From Nitrospinaceae bacterium (GTDB lineage Bacteria; Nitrospinota; Nitrospinia; Nitrospinales; Nitrospinaceae), in the NCBI GenBank assembly GCA_965223665.1, contig OZ245011.1:3584001-3648000 (forward strand): a stretch of DNA of 64,000 nt, read 5' to 3'. Under the pieces are notes generated by a model, which was not told the DNA's origin, made no database searches, and was given only the letters and a program-made list of their open reading frames with translations. The translations under genes and the position numbers were made by a program. Below, piece after piece: positions 30,100-40,195 of the stretch. Each line of letters starts with the position of its first letter. The stretch's first letter is position 1.

Positions 30100-31479
30100 T
30101 TATTGTAGGTTCATATAGCCAAATTGAATGGGAGAGGATGGGGTAAAGAAGGCTTGAGTTAAGTCTTTTTCGCGATATCCCAATTTTCGAAGGGGTTTTA
30201 ATGCCGAAAACACTTCCTCTTTAGTAACATAGGCTACTGTATCGGGGACACCTCGAGGACTGAGTTTTTCTGTAAGCTGCTTAATTAGTTTTCTGGGTTT
30301 CTTCGGAGTTCCTGGCATAGGAGGAAATACCATTTTTTGCAAATAAGGGTTTTTATAAATAGTATTTAACGCATGCAAAGTTTGCAACATGAGGATGTCC
30401 ACATCCCAAGGATCCAATCGAGTAATATTGGGGTGGTTTTGAACTAAATCGACAGCGCTTACTATTTTTTCCCCTAAGTATTTTTCAACAAAAGTTTGCT
30501 GTGATTCAAAGTGAATTTTATTGAAACCAACTTCTCCAGCTATTTCTGCAAGCAAGGGAAAGTTGACCATCGACGTATATTGACCACCATAAATCTTAAA
30601 ATATGGCCGGCCCACCTGGTTTAAATAATCAAGAGAAAGCATCCCGTAATCGAAGGAGCTGTAACCCTGGTTTTTCAAAATTAATAATTCTTTGGCCCAT
30701 TTTATGGTGTTAAAAGCTCCAACATTTATAGGTGTGGGTATTTCCTCTTCAATGTTTTCTAAATGACGGGAGATAGTCTTTGCAAAAGGCCAATCGGTAA
30801 TATCCACCCTTTGAAAGGTCCGCTCCCAATAAATTTGATCTAAAAATGGTGGGAGATTTTTTAAATACTCTAAATTTTTTGAGGAAAACATTTCTACAAA
30901 TTTTTCCCAATCAATATCAAATGGTTTGGGATCTATTAGCGGTTGAATATATTCCTCATATAGGAAACCTTGGTTTTTTAGCAGCACTTTAGTTGCCAGG
31001 TCATCCCAAATTTCATTAGAAATAATTTTAGATATTGAATTTGTCTTGAACCCTTTAAAATTCTCAGCATGAAGGCGGACGGTTTTAAATCGCTCTTTAT
31101 GAGCTTCAAGGTTTGGATTCGAATGGACACCCTTAATTATTTCATCGGAATAATCACAAAGGAGATACAAGACTCTAGGGTAAATATTGTTTTCAATATC
31201 CAACTCCTTTAAATGAGATAAAAACCGTGCCGCCAAATTACCATTACCTACGCCCCATTCCATAATATAAACGGGAGTGGTCTCAGTTTTATCTGCATTT
31301 TGAAAAAAATCATCGGCTAAGGTGTGTGCTAGACGATGGTCTAAGCTGACATAGGTTTGGAAATGATTGTGAATTTCAGGACCTTTAATTCCATAAAAGA
31401 TATCATTGACATGAGTTTGCCATTCGTCGGTGGGTAAAAAATCCCCTAAGGGCAACAATTGATTTTGGGGATATTTCAT
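30100..31479 (-). CDS. SAM-dependent methyltransferase, MidA/NDUFAF7-like
   Basis: EWGVGNGNLA, SNEIWDDL, FDYG motifs. Confidence 0.7.
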   Translation of the reverse strand: MKYPQNQLLPLGDFLPTDEWQTHVNDIFYGIKGPEIHNHFQTYVSLDHRLAHTLADDFFQNADKTETTPVYIMEWGVGNGNLAARFLSHLKELDIENNIYPRVLYLLCDYSDEIIKGVHSNPNLEAHKERFKTVRLHAENFKGFKTNSISKIISNEIWDDLATKVLLKNQGFLYEEYIQPLIDPKPFDIDWEKFVEMFSSKNLEYLKNLPPFLDQIYWERTFQRVDITDWPFAKTISRHLENIEEEIPTPINVGAFNTIKWAKELLILKNQGYSSFDYGMLSLDYLNQVGRPYFKIYGGQYTSMVNFPLLAEIAGEVGFNKIHFESQQTFVEKYLGEKIVSAVDLVQNHPNITRLDPWDVDILMLQTLHALNTIYKNPYLQKMVFPPMPGTPKKPRKLIKQLTEKLSPRGVPDTVAYVTKEEVFSALKPLRKLGYREKDLTQAFFTPSSPIQFGYMNLQ

Positions 31480-31503
31480 TCTTTGTTGGAAGAGGACTCT
31501 GTA

Positions 31504-32610
31504 TTAACTATCCCCAATGGTTTTTCCTGAAGTCGAGACTCCACCTGGAATTCCTGCATGATCAGTTTTAGATTGAGAGGAAGGAGCTTTCGACAACTCA
31601 TTGTAAGTTTCAAATGCTTTAGCAGCGTCTTCATGCCGCCCAATGTCTTTGTAGCAATTATAAAGATTTAACCAGGCACTTGAATCCCCTGGGTTCAAAG
31701 ATGTAGCTTTCTTAAATTCTTTAATAGCAGACTCTACCTTACCCAATGAAGCATATAGACTCCCTAAATTGGTATGGGGTAAGGAAAACTCAGGTTCGAT
31801 TTCATTAGCTTTTTTGAATGCCTCGATGGCTTCTTCCACCATGTTTTTCCCGGCGAAAGCGCTTCCCAGGTTACACCAGGCTTGAGGATCTTTTTCATCC
31901 AATTCCACAACACATTGAGCGCAGGTCAGGGATTCATCAAATTGACCATCTCGAAAATAAGCGTTTCCCAGCGCGGCTCGCAATTCCTTATTTTCAGGAT
32001 CAAACATGAGAACCTTTTTTAAAACCTTGATTTCATCACCAAATCTACTTTGCATATCTAAAGCTGCGGCTAAATTGGCATAAGCAGTAGTGTCGGTCGG
32101 GTTTATATCAACGGTTTTTTGGAATTCAATTGTGGCGCCTTCAAAATAATCCTGCAGCATATAAACACCACCCAAATTAAAATGAATTTCGGCGTCATCC
32201 GGAGAAAGTTCAGCAGCACGATTCAATTCTCGTACGGCTTCATCCTCTTGATCACTTAAGGCGTATGCTGTTCCTAATACTTTTAAAGCTTTTGCATTTT
32301 TGGGGTCCTTATTACTTACTTGCTTTACGACTTTGATAGCTTCATCATAGTTCCCGCCATCAATATACAAAGTCCCCAACTCTACTAACAAATCTGCATT
32401 TTCCGGGTCATCGCGCAACTCTTTTTTTACTTGTCGAGTTTTTTTCATAATGGCCGTTTCAAGTTTAATTTGCTCAGGGTCCCGAACCCCCAACTCTTCA
32501 AAAATCTCGGGATCAATTTTCATTGTTATGTAATCAGATTCTTTTTTACTGTCTTGACGTTGGCGATATCCCTCTACGTCAAAATCTTCATTAACATCTA
32601 TATCAGCCAT
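31504..32610 (-). CDS. Tetratricopeptide repeat protein
   Basis: About 8 TPR units (P.DA.....NLG); acidic N-terminus. Confidence 0.9.
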   Translation of the reverse strand: MADIDVNEDFDVEGYRQRQDSKKESDYITMKIDPEIFEELGVRDPEQIKLETAIMKKTRQVKKELRDDPENADLLVELGTLYIDGGNYDEAIKVVKQVSNKDPKNAKALKVLGTAYALSDQEDEAVRELNRAAELSPDDAEIHFNLGGVYMLQDYFEGATIEFQKTVDINPTDTTAYANLAAALDMQSRFGDEIKVLKKVLMFDPENKELRAALGNAYFRDGQFDESLTCAQCVVELDEKDPQAWCNLGSAFAGKNMVEEAIEAFKKANEIEPEFSLPHTNLGSLYASLGKVESAIKEFKKATSLNPGDSSAWLNLYNCYKDIGRHEDAAKAFETYNELSKAPSSQSKTDHAGIPGGVSTSGKTIGDS

Positions 32611-32735
32611 TAACTTACCTCTCCAAACAAGTGGGTTTTCGTTACCCGATAATATACCAAAAAGCTTTGCTCTTTTTTATTTATGTAGATTGTAGGCAAA
32701 TGTCTTATGGTCTGTCAAACGCAAAAATCACAAGG

Positions 32736-34562
32736 TTAAGTTTGTAAGGTAGGAGACCGAGTCTGGTCCTCAACCATGTTTTGAATTCCTTCTCGTCCGA
32801 AATGGTCTAAATACAACAAAAAGTGTTCGCGAGACAAGTAATTCCATATTTTTCTGGATGGAAAGTTTTCATTTAGAATGTTATCGAATTCCTGATAAAC
32901 ATCCATAACTTCTTCTTTAGGCATTCCTTCTCGGATTTCGTAATCAAACATGATGGCCATATCACGGTCAGGATCCTGAATAATTCGATCAATAGAAAAC
33001 TTTTCGGGATTATGATAAATAGCAGAGTCTTTTTCTAAAGTAAAAATAGATTGACCCACCGAGTGTATTATTCCAGACCCTAATTCACCGTTTCGAGATG
33101 TAAACTGAATGGTATCCTCTGCTTCTTCTCGTTTTTCAGTAGGGAATCCAAAAAACAGGTAAAGGTGATTCCAAATACCGGCTTTTGAGCTATTTTGTAA
33201 TACAATTTGTTCCGTTTTTTGATCACATCCTTTTTCAATTATAGAAAGAATTCGATCATTGGCACTTTCCAAACCAAAGAAAAGCATTATGAATCCTGCC
33301 TCATAAACTTCTCGAAATAGATCTACAGATTCAACGGTATCCGCTTCAAATTTGAGCATCCCTAAAGCGCGCATATCTAATTTTATTTTCGATATTGCCC
33401 TGGACATTCGCTTGAAAGCGTTAGGGGAAATGGCTTCATCGGAAAAAGTAAAATATCTTGTTTTATAACGTTTGCTTAGAAAATCAAGATCTTCCGCAAC
33501 ACGTTCTTCATTTTCTTTTCTATAAAAAGAATCGTAAATATGACTGTGTGTACAAAATGTGCATTTTCCCCAATAACAACCCCGGCTGGCCATGTAAGGT
33601 AAAACTGGGTAGGGCATAAGGTATTTTTCTAACGGCAACTGATCAAAAGTTGGGCGGGTCAATTGCTCATACGGAAGGGATTCTGCACGTGGATTTTGAA
33701 TCACCTTTCCATTTTCCAGGTAAATCAGGTTGGGAACTTCACTTAAACTCCCTCCTGCTTTTAGTTGTTCTACTAAACGAAGTAAGGGTAGCTCTCCTTC
33801 AAAAAGGATAATGCTATGGAAAAACTTTTCAAACAAGGCCCCTTTGGTTTCAATTATATTGAGGTGACGAGTAAATACACTACCACCGATTACTAAGTGC
33901 AAGCCGGGATACTTTTCCCTTAACAGGCGGGCCAAGGTCAGCCCAGGGATCACTTGTCCGACATGGATAATAGAAATTCCCACTAATCCATATTTTCCCC
34001 AATCAGTATGGTTCGATAATTGATTTTGGAAAAGATCTAAATAAGGATTTGTTTCCGGGTTTATGGTTTCAGCCAAAATTCCCTCTAGATTTTCCTCCGG
34101 ATTTCCTCGCATAAAAAAAGATTCCAGATCAATTCGGCTGGGGTAAAAAGCATAAGAAATGAGCTGCATTGCAACTTTTAGTGTTGTATATGCCTGCTTG
34201 TAAACTGGGAATTGAAAAAAGAGTTCCTCGTTTCTTAAAACTTCCTTGGACTCATCGACTGAAGATAAAATTGAATCTAAATACTCGGTGTCATTTAAAA
34301 TTTCTCTATATGTGGATTTTAATTGACTTGCTTCCTGGGTATAAGCAGGTTTTTGCAAACGATTCTGAATTATTTTTAAACATTGTTCCAGGTAAGGGCG
34401 TGACAAGAAAATGTTATAACTTTCAATATTTAAGTCGAATTGATCCACAGAATGACCCTTTTCTTCCAAAAATGCGGTCAATGTTGGTAAAGCCAAATAA
34501 GGTTGGCTTGGAAACCACTGTGGGGGAAAAACTAAGGCCGTTTTCATAAACCAATTAACCAA
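32736..34562 (-). CDS. Cobalamin-binding (class B-like) radical SAM protein
   Basis: PYLALPTL, GISI, IGG, EGE B12-binding region; SRGCYWGKCTFC, FGLES, GFPTE. Confidence 0.9.
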   Translation of the reverse strand: MVNWFMKTALVFPPQWFPSQPYLALPTLTAFLEEKGHSVDQFDLNIESYNIFLSRPYLEQCLKIIQNRLQKPAYTQEASQLKSTYREILNDTEYLDSILSSVDESKEVLRNEELFFQFPVYKQAYTTLKVAMQLISYAFYPSRIDLESFFMRGNPEENLEGILAETINPETNPYLDLFQNQLSNHTDWGKYGLVGISIIHVGQVIPGLTLARLLREKYPGLHLVIGGSVFTRHLNIIETKGALFEKFFHSIILFEGELPLLRLVEQLKAGGSLSEVPNLIYLENGKVIQNPRAESLPYEQLTRPTFDQLPLEKYLMPYPVLPYMASRGCYWGKCTFCTHSHIYDSFYRKENEERVAEDLDFLSKRYKTRYFTFSDEAISPNAFKRMSRAISKIKLDMRALGMLKFEADTVESVDLFREVYEAGFIMLFFGLESANDRILSIIEKGCDQKTEQIVLQNSSKAGIWNHLYLFFGFPTEKREEAEDTIQFTSRNGELGSGIIHSVGQSIFTLEKDSAIYHNPEKFSIDRIIQDPDRDMAIMFDYEIREGMPKEEVMDVYQEFDNILNENFPSRKIWNYLSREHFLLYLDHFGREGIQNMVEDQTRSPTLQT

Positions 34563-34600
34563 ATGATAAATAGTTCTTTTTAGGAAAATTCTTAAAACAC

Positions 34601-34629
34601 ATCATAGAATTACTGATTTGGCATGTCAA
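34601..34629 (-). promoter_or_regulatory. sigma70-type promoter of the radical SAM arm
   Basis: TTGACA-17-TATGAT on minus strand. Confidence 0.6.
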
Positions 34630-34740
34630 TGTGTGGCATGTTTTATTTTATAGATTGATAATTGCTAAACATTTGATCCATTTAAGAAAGGAGATATAGA
34701 TAAAAAGAATCATCTCTTTATTTCTAAGGGCCTAATGCTC

Positions 34741-34770
34741 TTGACACCTTATTAGGGAAACTTATATAAT
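34741..34770 (+). promoter_or_regulatory. sigma70-type promoter of the NHL/DUF1566 arm
   Basis: TTGACA-18-TATAAT. Confidence 0.6.
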
Positions 34771-34877
34771 GCCCGTAAAATCCCAGGAAAAGTTCATAAC
34801 TCCTTACTTCTTAAAGGGTTAAAGAACCGTTTTTTGAGAATTATTTGTGTGTTTGATTAATATAAGGAGAAAATGCC

Positions 34878-35504
34878 TTGAGTGAGCAAGAAACTAAGTC
34901 CAATCCCGAAGAAGAAACACAAATTCCGGAAGAAGGGAAAGGCCCTGAAGAGGATTCTCAAAGATCCGAAGACCCTCTGGGAGACCTTTCTGACCTGGAA
35001 AAAATAAAAAAAGAGCTAGAAGCCGAAAAAGCGAAAGCAGCTAAGGAACTTGAGGAAGGTGAGGAGGAAGAAGAGGATTTACGTGAAGTAGACTTTTTAC
35101 AAAAACTCATCAATTTAGCTGTACAATTTGATCACCATGTAGGGGTTTATTTAATGGCGGGTTATATTGATTGTGGATTAAAATATGACCATAAATTGGC
35201 CGACAGTTATTTAAAGCATCTAGCATCAATTCAGGGTTTTTTAAGGCTCTTGGAAAAAGTAGATGGTGTAACTCGTGAAGCTGTGACAAAAGATTGTATT
35301 ATTCGTCTCAGAAATGTGGTTCAAGAAATCCATAAAAATTTAGTAAAACCGCTTTATAAAGAAGTGGGTCTGATGAAGAAGAAGCCTAAGATGGATAACT
35401 TGGAAGATTTTAAGCGTGAATGGAATGGGCGTTTGGAAGATTTACAAAATGCATGTGACTTTGAATATCAAGTTTTGGATGTAAAGAAGTTTTGGGTTAA
35501 TTAG
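34878..35504 (+). CDS. Hypothetical helical protein with acidic N-terminus
   Basis: AAGGAG RBS, TTG start, E-rich first ~70 aa. Confidence 0.75.
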   Translation: MSEQETKSNPEEETQIPEEGKGPEEDSQRSEDPLGDLSDLEKIKKELEAEKAKAAKELEEGEEEEEDLREVDFLQKLINLAVQFDHHVGVYLMAGYIDCGLKYDHKLADSYLKHLASIQGFLRLLEKVDGVTREAVTKDCIIRLRNVVQEIHKNLVKPLYKEVGLMKKKPKMDNLEDFKREWNGRLEDLQNACDFEYQVLDVKKFWVN

Positions 35505-35635
35505 TCAGATTAAATAAATTGGTCCTCAATAAATTAATAGGGATTTTTTGAATAAAACCACCCAGGCCGGCGTGCTTTTGGGTGGATTTTGTTTTTTTAA
35601 GAAGCCTTTTAGAGGGAATTATTCGAGCAGATAAT

Positions 35636-36658
35636 ATGCAAAATGATTTAGAAAATATTGAAAATGAAGTTGATTCAGAAAAAGAGGAATTAACAGAATC
35701 TGCCTTGGAATTAATGAATCAGGAAACTCTTCCTGAGGAGCAGCCAAAATGGAAAGAGGTCGATCATTCAAAACTTTATATATGGGTTGCGGACTCTGGA
35801 AACGATAGAATCCAAAAGTTCGATGGAAACGGAAAATTTCTTTTTGAATTTGGTCGATCTGCAGGAACGCGTCCTCCTTATGAACCTAGTCATTTTAAAG
35901 GTCCCTTTGGCATAGCAGTAGACCAGGAAGGGAATGTCTGGGTAGCTGATACAGGGTGCCATCGTATCCAAAAGTTTGATTCTGAAGGAGACTTTATTTT
36001 AGAGTTTGGCACTGAGGGTTATGGTCAAGACAAATTTTATTGGCCCGAATCTATAATTGCTGAGCCGGGAGGTACCATTTTAGTAGCGGATACTCACAAC
36101 CACTGTTTAAAAAGATTTGATGAAGACGGTGAATTTTTACTTGGGTTTGGTTTTGCGGGAGACTTCGATGGGTTTTGTAAATTTCCCACAGGGGTTGCGG
36201 TGGATGGAGAGGGTAATATTTATGTTGCGGATAGAGATAACCAGCGGATACAAATTTTTAATGAAGATGGTCAGTTTCTATCGAAGTTTGGAGAATATGG
36301 CTTTGAAGAAGGGCGGTTTAATTTTCCCTGTGACATAACCGTGCGAGGGGACGGTACTTTACTGGTATCTGAAAAAAGTCAAAATAGAGTTCAGATTTTT
36401 GATCGAGACGGGAATTATTTGGGATATTTTGGGGAATATGGAAAAAGAGACGGACAATTCAATTGCCCTATGGCGATTGAAGAAGATCCTTATGGTTTCG
36501 TTTTTGTTGTAGACACTTTAAACCACAGGATCCAAAAGTTTGACCCTGAATTAAACTTTATGTCCAAATGGGGTTCTGTGGGCGGAGAGGAAAAACAATT
36601 TAAAAACCCTTCGGGACTTTGCCTGTCTTGGGAGCCTGATTGGGCGCCGACAGATTAA
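35636..36658 (+). CDS. NHL-repeat 6-bladed beta-propeller protein
   Basis: Repeated F..P.G.AVD..G..WVAD..N.RIQKF; acidic N-terminus; start MQNDLE. Confidence 0.9.
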   Translation: MQNDLENIENEVDSEKEELTESALELMNQETLPEEQPKWKEVDHSKLYIWVADSGNDRIQKFDGNGKFLFEFGRSAGTRPPYEPSHFKGPFGIAVDQEGNVWVADTGCHRIQKFDSEGDFILEFGTEGYGQDKFYWPESIIAEPGGTILVADTHNHCLKRFDEDGEFLLGFGFAGDFDGFCKFPTGVAVDGEGNIYVADRDNQRIQIFNEDGQFLSKFGEYGFEEGRFNFPCDITVRGDGTLLVSEKSQNRVQIFDRDGNYLGYFGEYGKRDGQFNCPMAIEEDPYGFVFVVDTLNHRIQKFDPELNFMSKWGSVGGEEKQFKNPSGLCLSWEPDWAPTD

Positions 36659-36675
36659 ATTATTTTGGAGGGATT

Positions 36676-37305
36676 TTGTTTTTAGAACGAAAACTAAGTG
36701 AGTCGAAATATATTGTTGGAACCATTCTAATGGTTCTGGTTGTTTTTTTATCAAGCACTTCTGTTAGAAGCGAAGATAAGGCCATGGAAAAGGACCCTGA
36801 GTTCATGGGGCAGATTCTTACTTTGACCGAACCTAAAGTTGAAGTAGGAGAATCCAAGAATCCGCGGTTTAAGGACAATCAGGATGGGACGGTTTCTGAT
36901 TTGGATATGAAACTTATATGGGTGAAAGACGATTCTTACCAGCGGTTAAAAAAGTGGATTAACTGGGATATGGCTCAGGATTATATAAAAGAGCTTAATG
37001 ATAAAAAATTTGGTGGAGCAAACAACTGGCGTTTGCCTTCCCGTAAAGAACTGGCCAGCTTGTTTGATGAAAGTGTTTCTATTCCCTGGAATTATTATTG
37101 GACAAAGAATGAGGTGCATCTGGATCCCATTTTTGGTAATAGTCATTGTTGTTATTGGACGGGTGAAGAATATAAAAATGAGATGGCCTGGGGATTTAAC
37201 TTTATTCGGGGAAAAGCATATTTGAGTAAAAAAGGTGGGAATCAATTGTCTTTAACTGTGATCAGAGCGGTTAGAGAATTAGAAATGACAAGCCAAAAAC
37301 AGTGA
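36676..37305 (+). CDS. DUF1566 (Lcl C-terminal) protein with signal peptide
   Basis: RFKDNQDGTVSD, WRLPS..EL, YWT, IRAVR; hydrophobic N-terminus; start uncertain. Confidence 0.85.
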   Translation: MFLERKLSESKYIVGTILMVLVVFLSSTSVRSEDKAMEKDPEFMGQILTLTEPKVEVGESKNPRFKDNQDGTVSDLDMKLIWVKDDSYQRLKKWINWDMAQDYIKELNDKKFGGANNWRLPSRKELASLFDESVSIPWNYYWTKNEVHLDPIFGNSHCCYWTGEEYKNEMAWGFNFIRGKAYLSKKGGNQLSLTVIRAVRELEMTSQKQ

Positions 37306-37327
37306 TTTCATTGTGGTTGACTGATTT

Positions 37328-38143
37328 ATGATTGCAGAGAGCGAAAATAATCCAGAAGAAACTCCTCCTGAGGAGACACCGGAACTCCCGGGAGAAGAAG
37401 AACATTTAAGTAAAAACTTCCAGGAGATGGAAGATGATCCACTTGAAAGAGCGCAAAAAGAAGGTGGGGAAGAAGCGGAGTTTGATCTTTCAGCCCAAAT
37501 TGAAGAATTTCGCAAACAAATAGAAGAGGAACCCGATAACTGTATTCATCATTACAATTTAGGGGAGGCTTTAGAGGAACTTGGTGAGCATGAAGAGGCA
37601 AAGTCTGAATATGAATTAGCCCTCCATTTGGATAAAGAAAAAGAATATCACTCCATCATTCATTATGGATTAGGAAATTTTTATTACGGTACACTCCTTT
37701 CTGGAATTCAATCGGTGGTGGTAAAAAGCTCTGTGGGATTACACTCTTCTCATAAACCTGGGGATAATATTACTGAGGTCAACGATTTAGATTATTCGGT
37801 TCCTATTGAGAATTTGGAAAAAGCTTTAGAGTATCTTCCCTTGCTAAAAGCGGATGATGATATTATTGATTTTATAAACAAGGAAGCTCCGACGCTTTTA
37901 GCAAATATTTATTATAAATGGGCATCGGATTTAATAGATAAGGCTCGGCAAATAGACAAGTATGGCGATGAGATAAAAGATGTAAAGCAAGCGTTACAAC
38001 TTTTAAAGAAATCGATTAATGTTGATCCTAACCATTCACAAGCAAGTATGACAATTAAATATGCAAAAAAAATGTTGGCAGAAGGTTGGAAAGTTTACGA
38101 TGAATATGGTTTTGAGGCTAAGCATATTGAGGGCTTAGAGTAG
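37328..38143 (+). CDS. TPR-containing protein with acidic N-terminus
   Basis: PDNCIHHYNLGEAL, IHYGLGNFY; E/P-rich first ~55 aa. Confidence 0.8.
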   Translation: MIAESENNPEETPPEETPELPGEEEHLSKNFQEMEDDPLERAQKEGGEEAEFDLSAQIEEFRKQIEEEPDNCIHHYNLGEALEELGEHEEAKSEYELALHLDKEKEYHSIIHYGLGNFYYGTLLSGIQSVVVKSSVGLHSSHKPGDNITEVNDLDYSVPIENLEKALEYLPLLKADDDIIDFINKEAPTLLANIYYKWASDLIDKARQIDKYGDEIKDVKQALQLLKKSINVDPNHSQASMTIKYAKKMLAEGWKVYDEYGFEAKHIEGLE

Positions 38144-38168
38144 TTATTCAATTTAGCATTTACATAAT

Positions 38169-38564
38169 ATGGCGGATATAAAAAAATTAATTAAAGATCA
38201 CCTAAGCAAAGATGGGCAGGTTCTCAGTTTAAAGGCAAAGTTTATTCGAGAAGTTGGAGCCAAAGAATTAGCTCAATGTGAGGAATTGTCTAAGTTGAGA
38301 TCCTTGGATTTATCTCAAAACGATATTGGGGATGAAGGTGTTAAGGCTATTGCCGAATCAGAAGTTTTTGAAAATTTAAGAACATTGAATTTAAAGTCGA
38401 ATAAGATAACTGATGAAGGAGCAGAATACTTGGCAAATTCAACAACATTGAGTAATTTAAGAAGTATTCAGCTGGTGGTAAATGACCTAACCGAGGAGGG
38501 AGAACGCGCTCTGATGAACTCCACTCAACTGATTAACCTTACATCATTGAAATTTCAGGTTTAA
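38169..38564 (+). CDS. Small leucine-rich repeat protein (RI-like)
   Basis: L..LDLSQNDIGDEGVKAIA, L..LNLKSNKITDEGAEYLA repeats. Confidence 0.9.
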   Translation: MADIKKLIKDHLSKDGQVLSLKAKFIREVGAKELAQCEELSKLRSLDLSQNDIGDEGVKAIAESEVFENLRTLNLKSNKITDEGAEYLANSTTLSNLRSIQLVVNDLTEEGERALMNSTQLINLTSLKFQV

Positions 38565-38873
38565 TGAATTCACCCTTTTTTTGGCTGGCAATCAATAAAG
38601 TACTTAAAATCAAAGGGTTATAGTTCAGATATTAATAAAAATTTAAGTCTTGACTTAGTTTACGGGTTCTGATAATTTTTGCTAAACCTCGTGAAGGATA
38701 ATGCACTTTGGAGTTGTGTCCGAGCTAGGGGCCTTTTTGAAAAATTAAAGATTATTTGCAAGACTCGCTTTTTCATTTGGAAGGCATTATCAATAAATTT
38801 CAAGTCTAGTTGGCTTTTAATTTATAGTTTAAAAAACTTTTCCATCACCTAAAATTTTTGAAAGGGGGAGCAC

Positions 38874-39365
38874 ATGTTAAAGAAAGCTGTTGCTGTTTTA
38901 GCTGCAGGCTTGGTTCTTGTGGTTTTTAGCTCCATGGCTACTGCCAACGAAACCACTTTGAAAGCAGGAGGGACATCAGTTTGTGAGAATGCTTCTTGGA
39001 TCGCTTATAATACCAGCGAATCAGAGAATACTAAGCTGACATTTAATGTTGGTCCACAAGCTTACCACTGGGGTAAAGACACCACCCGAGAAATTCCTCC
39101 CGGAGGATACCAAGCAAATGCTTTAGAAAGAAAAACTACATTTAAAAATCAAGGTCCAGCAGACGTTGTAGTTAACTGTCAACGACAGCGTTTTGACCGC
39201 CATGACTGGAGAATTGATGCTGGTTCCGGTAAAACCTACCAGAGCAATTATCACATGGATCACGTTCAACCTGGTACATACATTGAGCCCGGAATGGGCG
39301 TACCTACTGGTACAGAGCGTGGTATTGGCGCAGTTTCTGGACATCGATCAGAAGCTAATCGTTAG
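38874..39365 (+). CDS. Exported hypothetical protein
   Basis: GGGGGAG RBS, signal peptide, two Cys, own terminator. Confidence 0.8.
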   Translation: MLKKAVAVLAAGLVLVVFSSMATANETTLKAGGTSVCENASWIAYNTSESENTKLTFNVGPQAYHWGKDTTREIPPGGYQANALERKTTFKNQGPADVVVNCQRQRFDRHDWRIDAGSGKTYQSNYHMDHVQPGTYIEPGMGVPTGTERGIGAVSGHRSEANR

Positions 39366-39387
39366 TTTGAATTAGATTTTTTTTGTT

Positions 39388-39422
39388 AAAGCCGGAAGGG
39401 TTTCCCTTCCGGCTTTTTTTTT
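39388..39422 (+). terminator. Intrinsic terminator
   Basis: GCCGGAAGGG/CCCTTCCGGC stem plus T9. Confidence 0.9.
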
Positions 39423-39481
39423 GAAACTTATCCTTCATGGCTAAATCTAAATTTATAGTCAGTGAAATTTTGGAGGGATGT

Positions 39482-39976
39482 ATGGAAGAACGATATTTAG
39501 ACAACGGGGATGGTACGGTTTCTGATAGCCATTCTAAATTAATGTGGATGAAGAATGATTCTTTTAATGACCTTGGTAAATTCCTTGTTTATAGCCAGGC
39601 AAAGAAGTATGTAGCTAAAAAAAATGAGGAATCATTTGCTGGCTATAATGATTGGCGTTTGCCAGATAAAAAGGAAGCTCATTCCCTGTATTATCTAGAA
39701 AAAGAAAAGTCTATTATCGATAAATACGAATTAGAGTTATTTATTGACCCGGTTTTTACTCCGGGTGGTGGATTCGATACTTGGACAAGCAACACCTTGG
39801 GCAAAATAACGGCTTACGTCTATTCCTTTGGTAGTGGAACTGGAGGCCATAAAGAGGTTGATGATACGCTAAATACCAGTGTAAGACTGGTACGGGGAAC
39901 AATGGACCCAAAGTTTGCGGCAACCTTAACAAAAATCCCCTCTAAAAAAGGAATGATAGTTACCAGTCAAAGGTAA
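39482..39976 (+). CDS. DUF1566 (Lcl) domain protein
   Basis: RYLDNGDGTVSD, LMW, DWRLP, IDPVF..GGG..TWT, VRLVR; GGAGGG RBS. Confidence 0.9.
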   Translation: MEERYLDNGDGTVSDSHSKLMWMKNDSFNDLGKFLVYSQAKKYVAKKNEESFAGYNDWRLPDKKEAHSLYYLEKEKSIIDKYELELFIDPVFTPGGGFDTWTSNTLGKITAYVYSFGSGTGGHKEVDDTLNTSVRLVRGTMDPKFAATLTKIPSKKGMIVTSQR

Positions 39977-40195
39977 ACTCTTGTAATTGGGGAAATTTAA
40001 AGTATGTCCTGTGACTAAATTAAAGTGTTTGCAATCAATGGGTTTAGTGTTGAAAAAAATTAAGGCGAATGATATTGTAGCCTTAATAAATTTTATAAAA
40101 CTATAGGTTAGACCTTTTTAAATCGGGCCGAACCCGTGGTCAGTTTTGGTTTGGAATTTAACCTGCTCCATGGCTGAGCCCTTTTTGTGTTTATT

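Noticed and set aside
27398-32610. Hydrogenase accessory cluster (NHL/TPR/NifU as near group 2a hydrogenases)
   Set aside because: No hydrogenase or hyp genes in the window, and the Nfu gene is about 30 kb away
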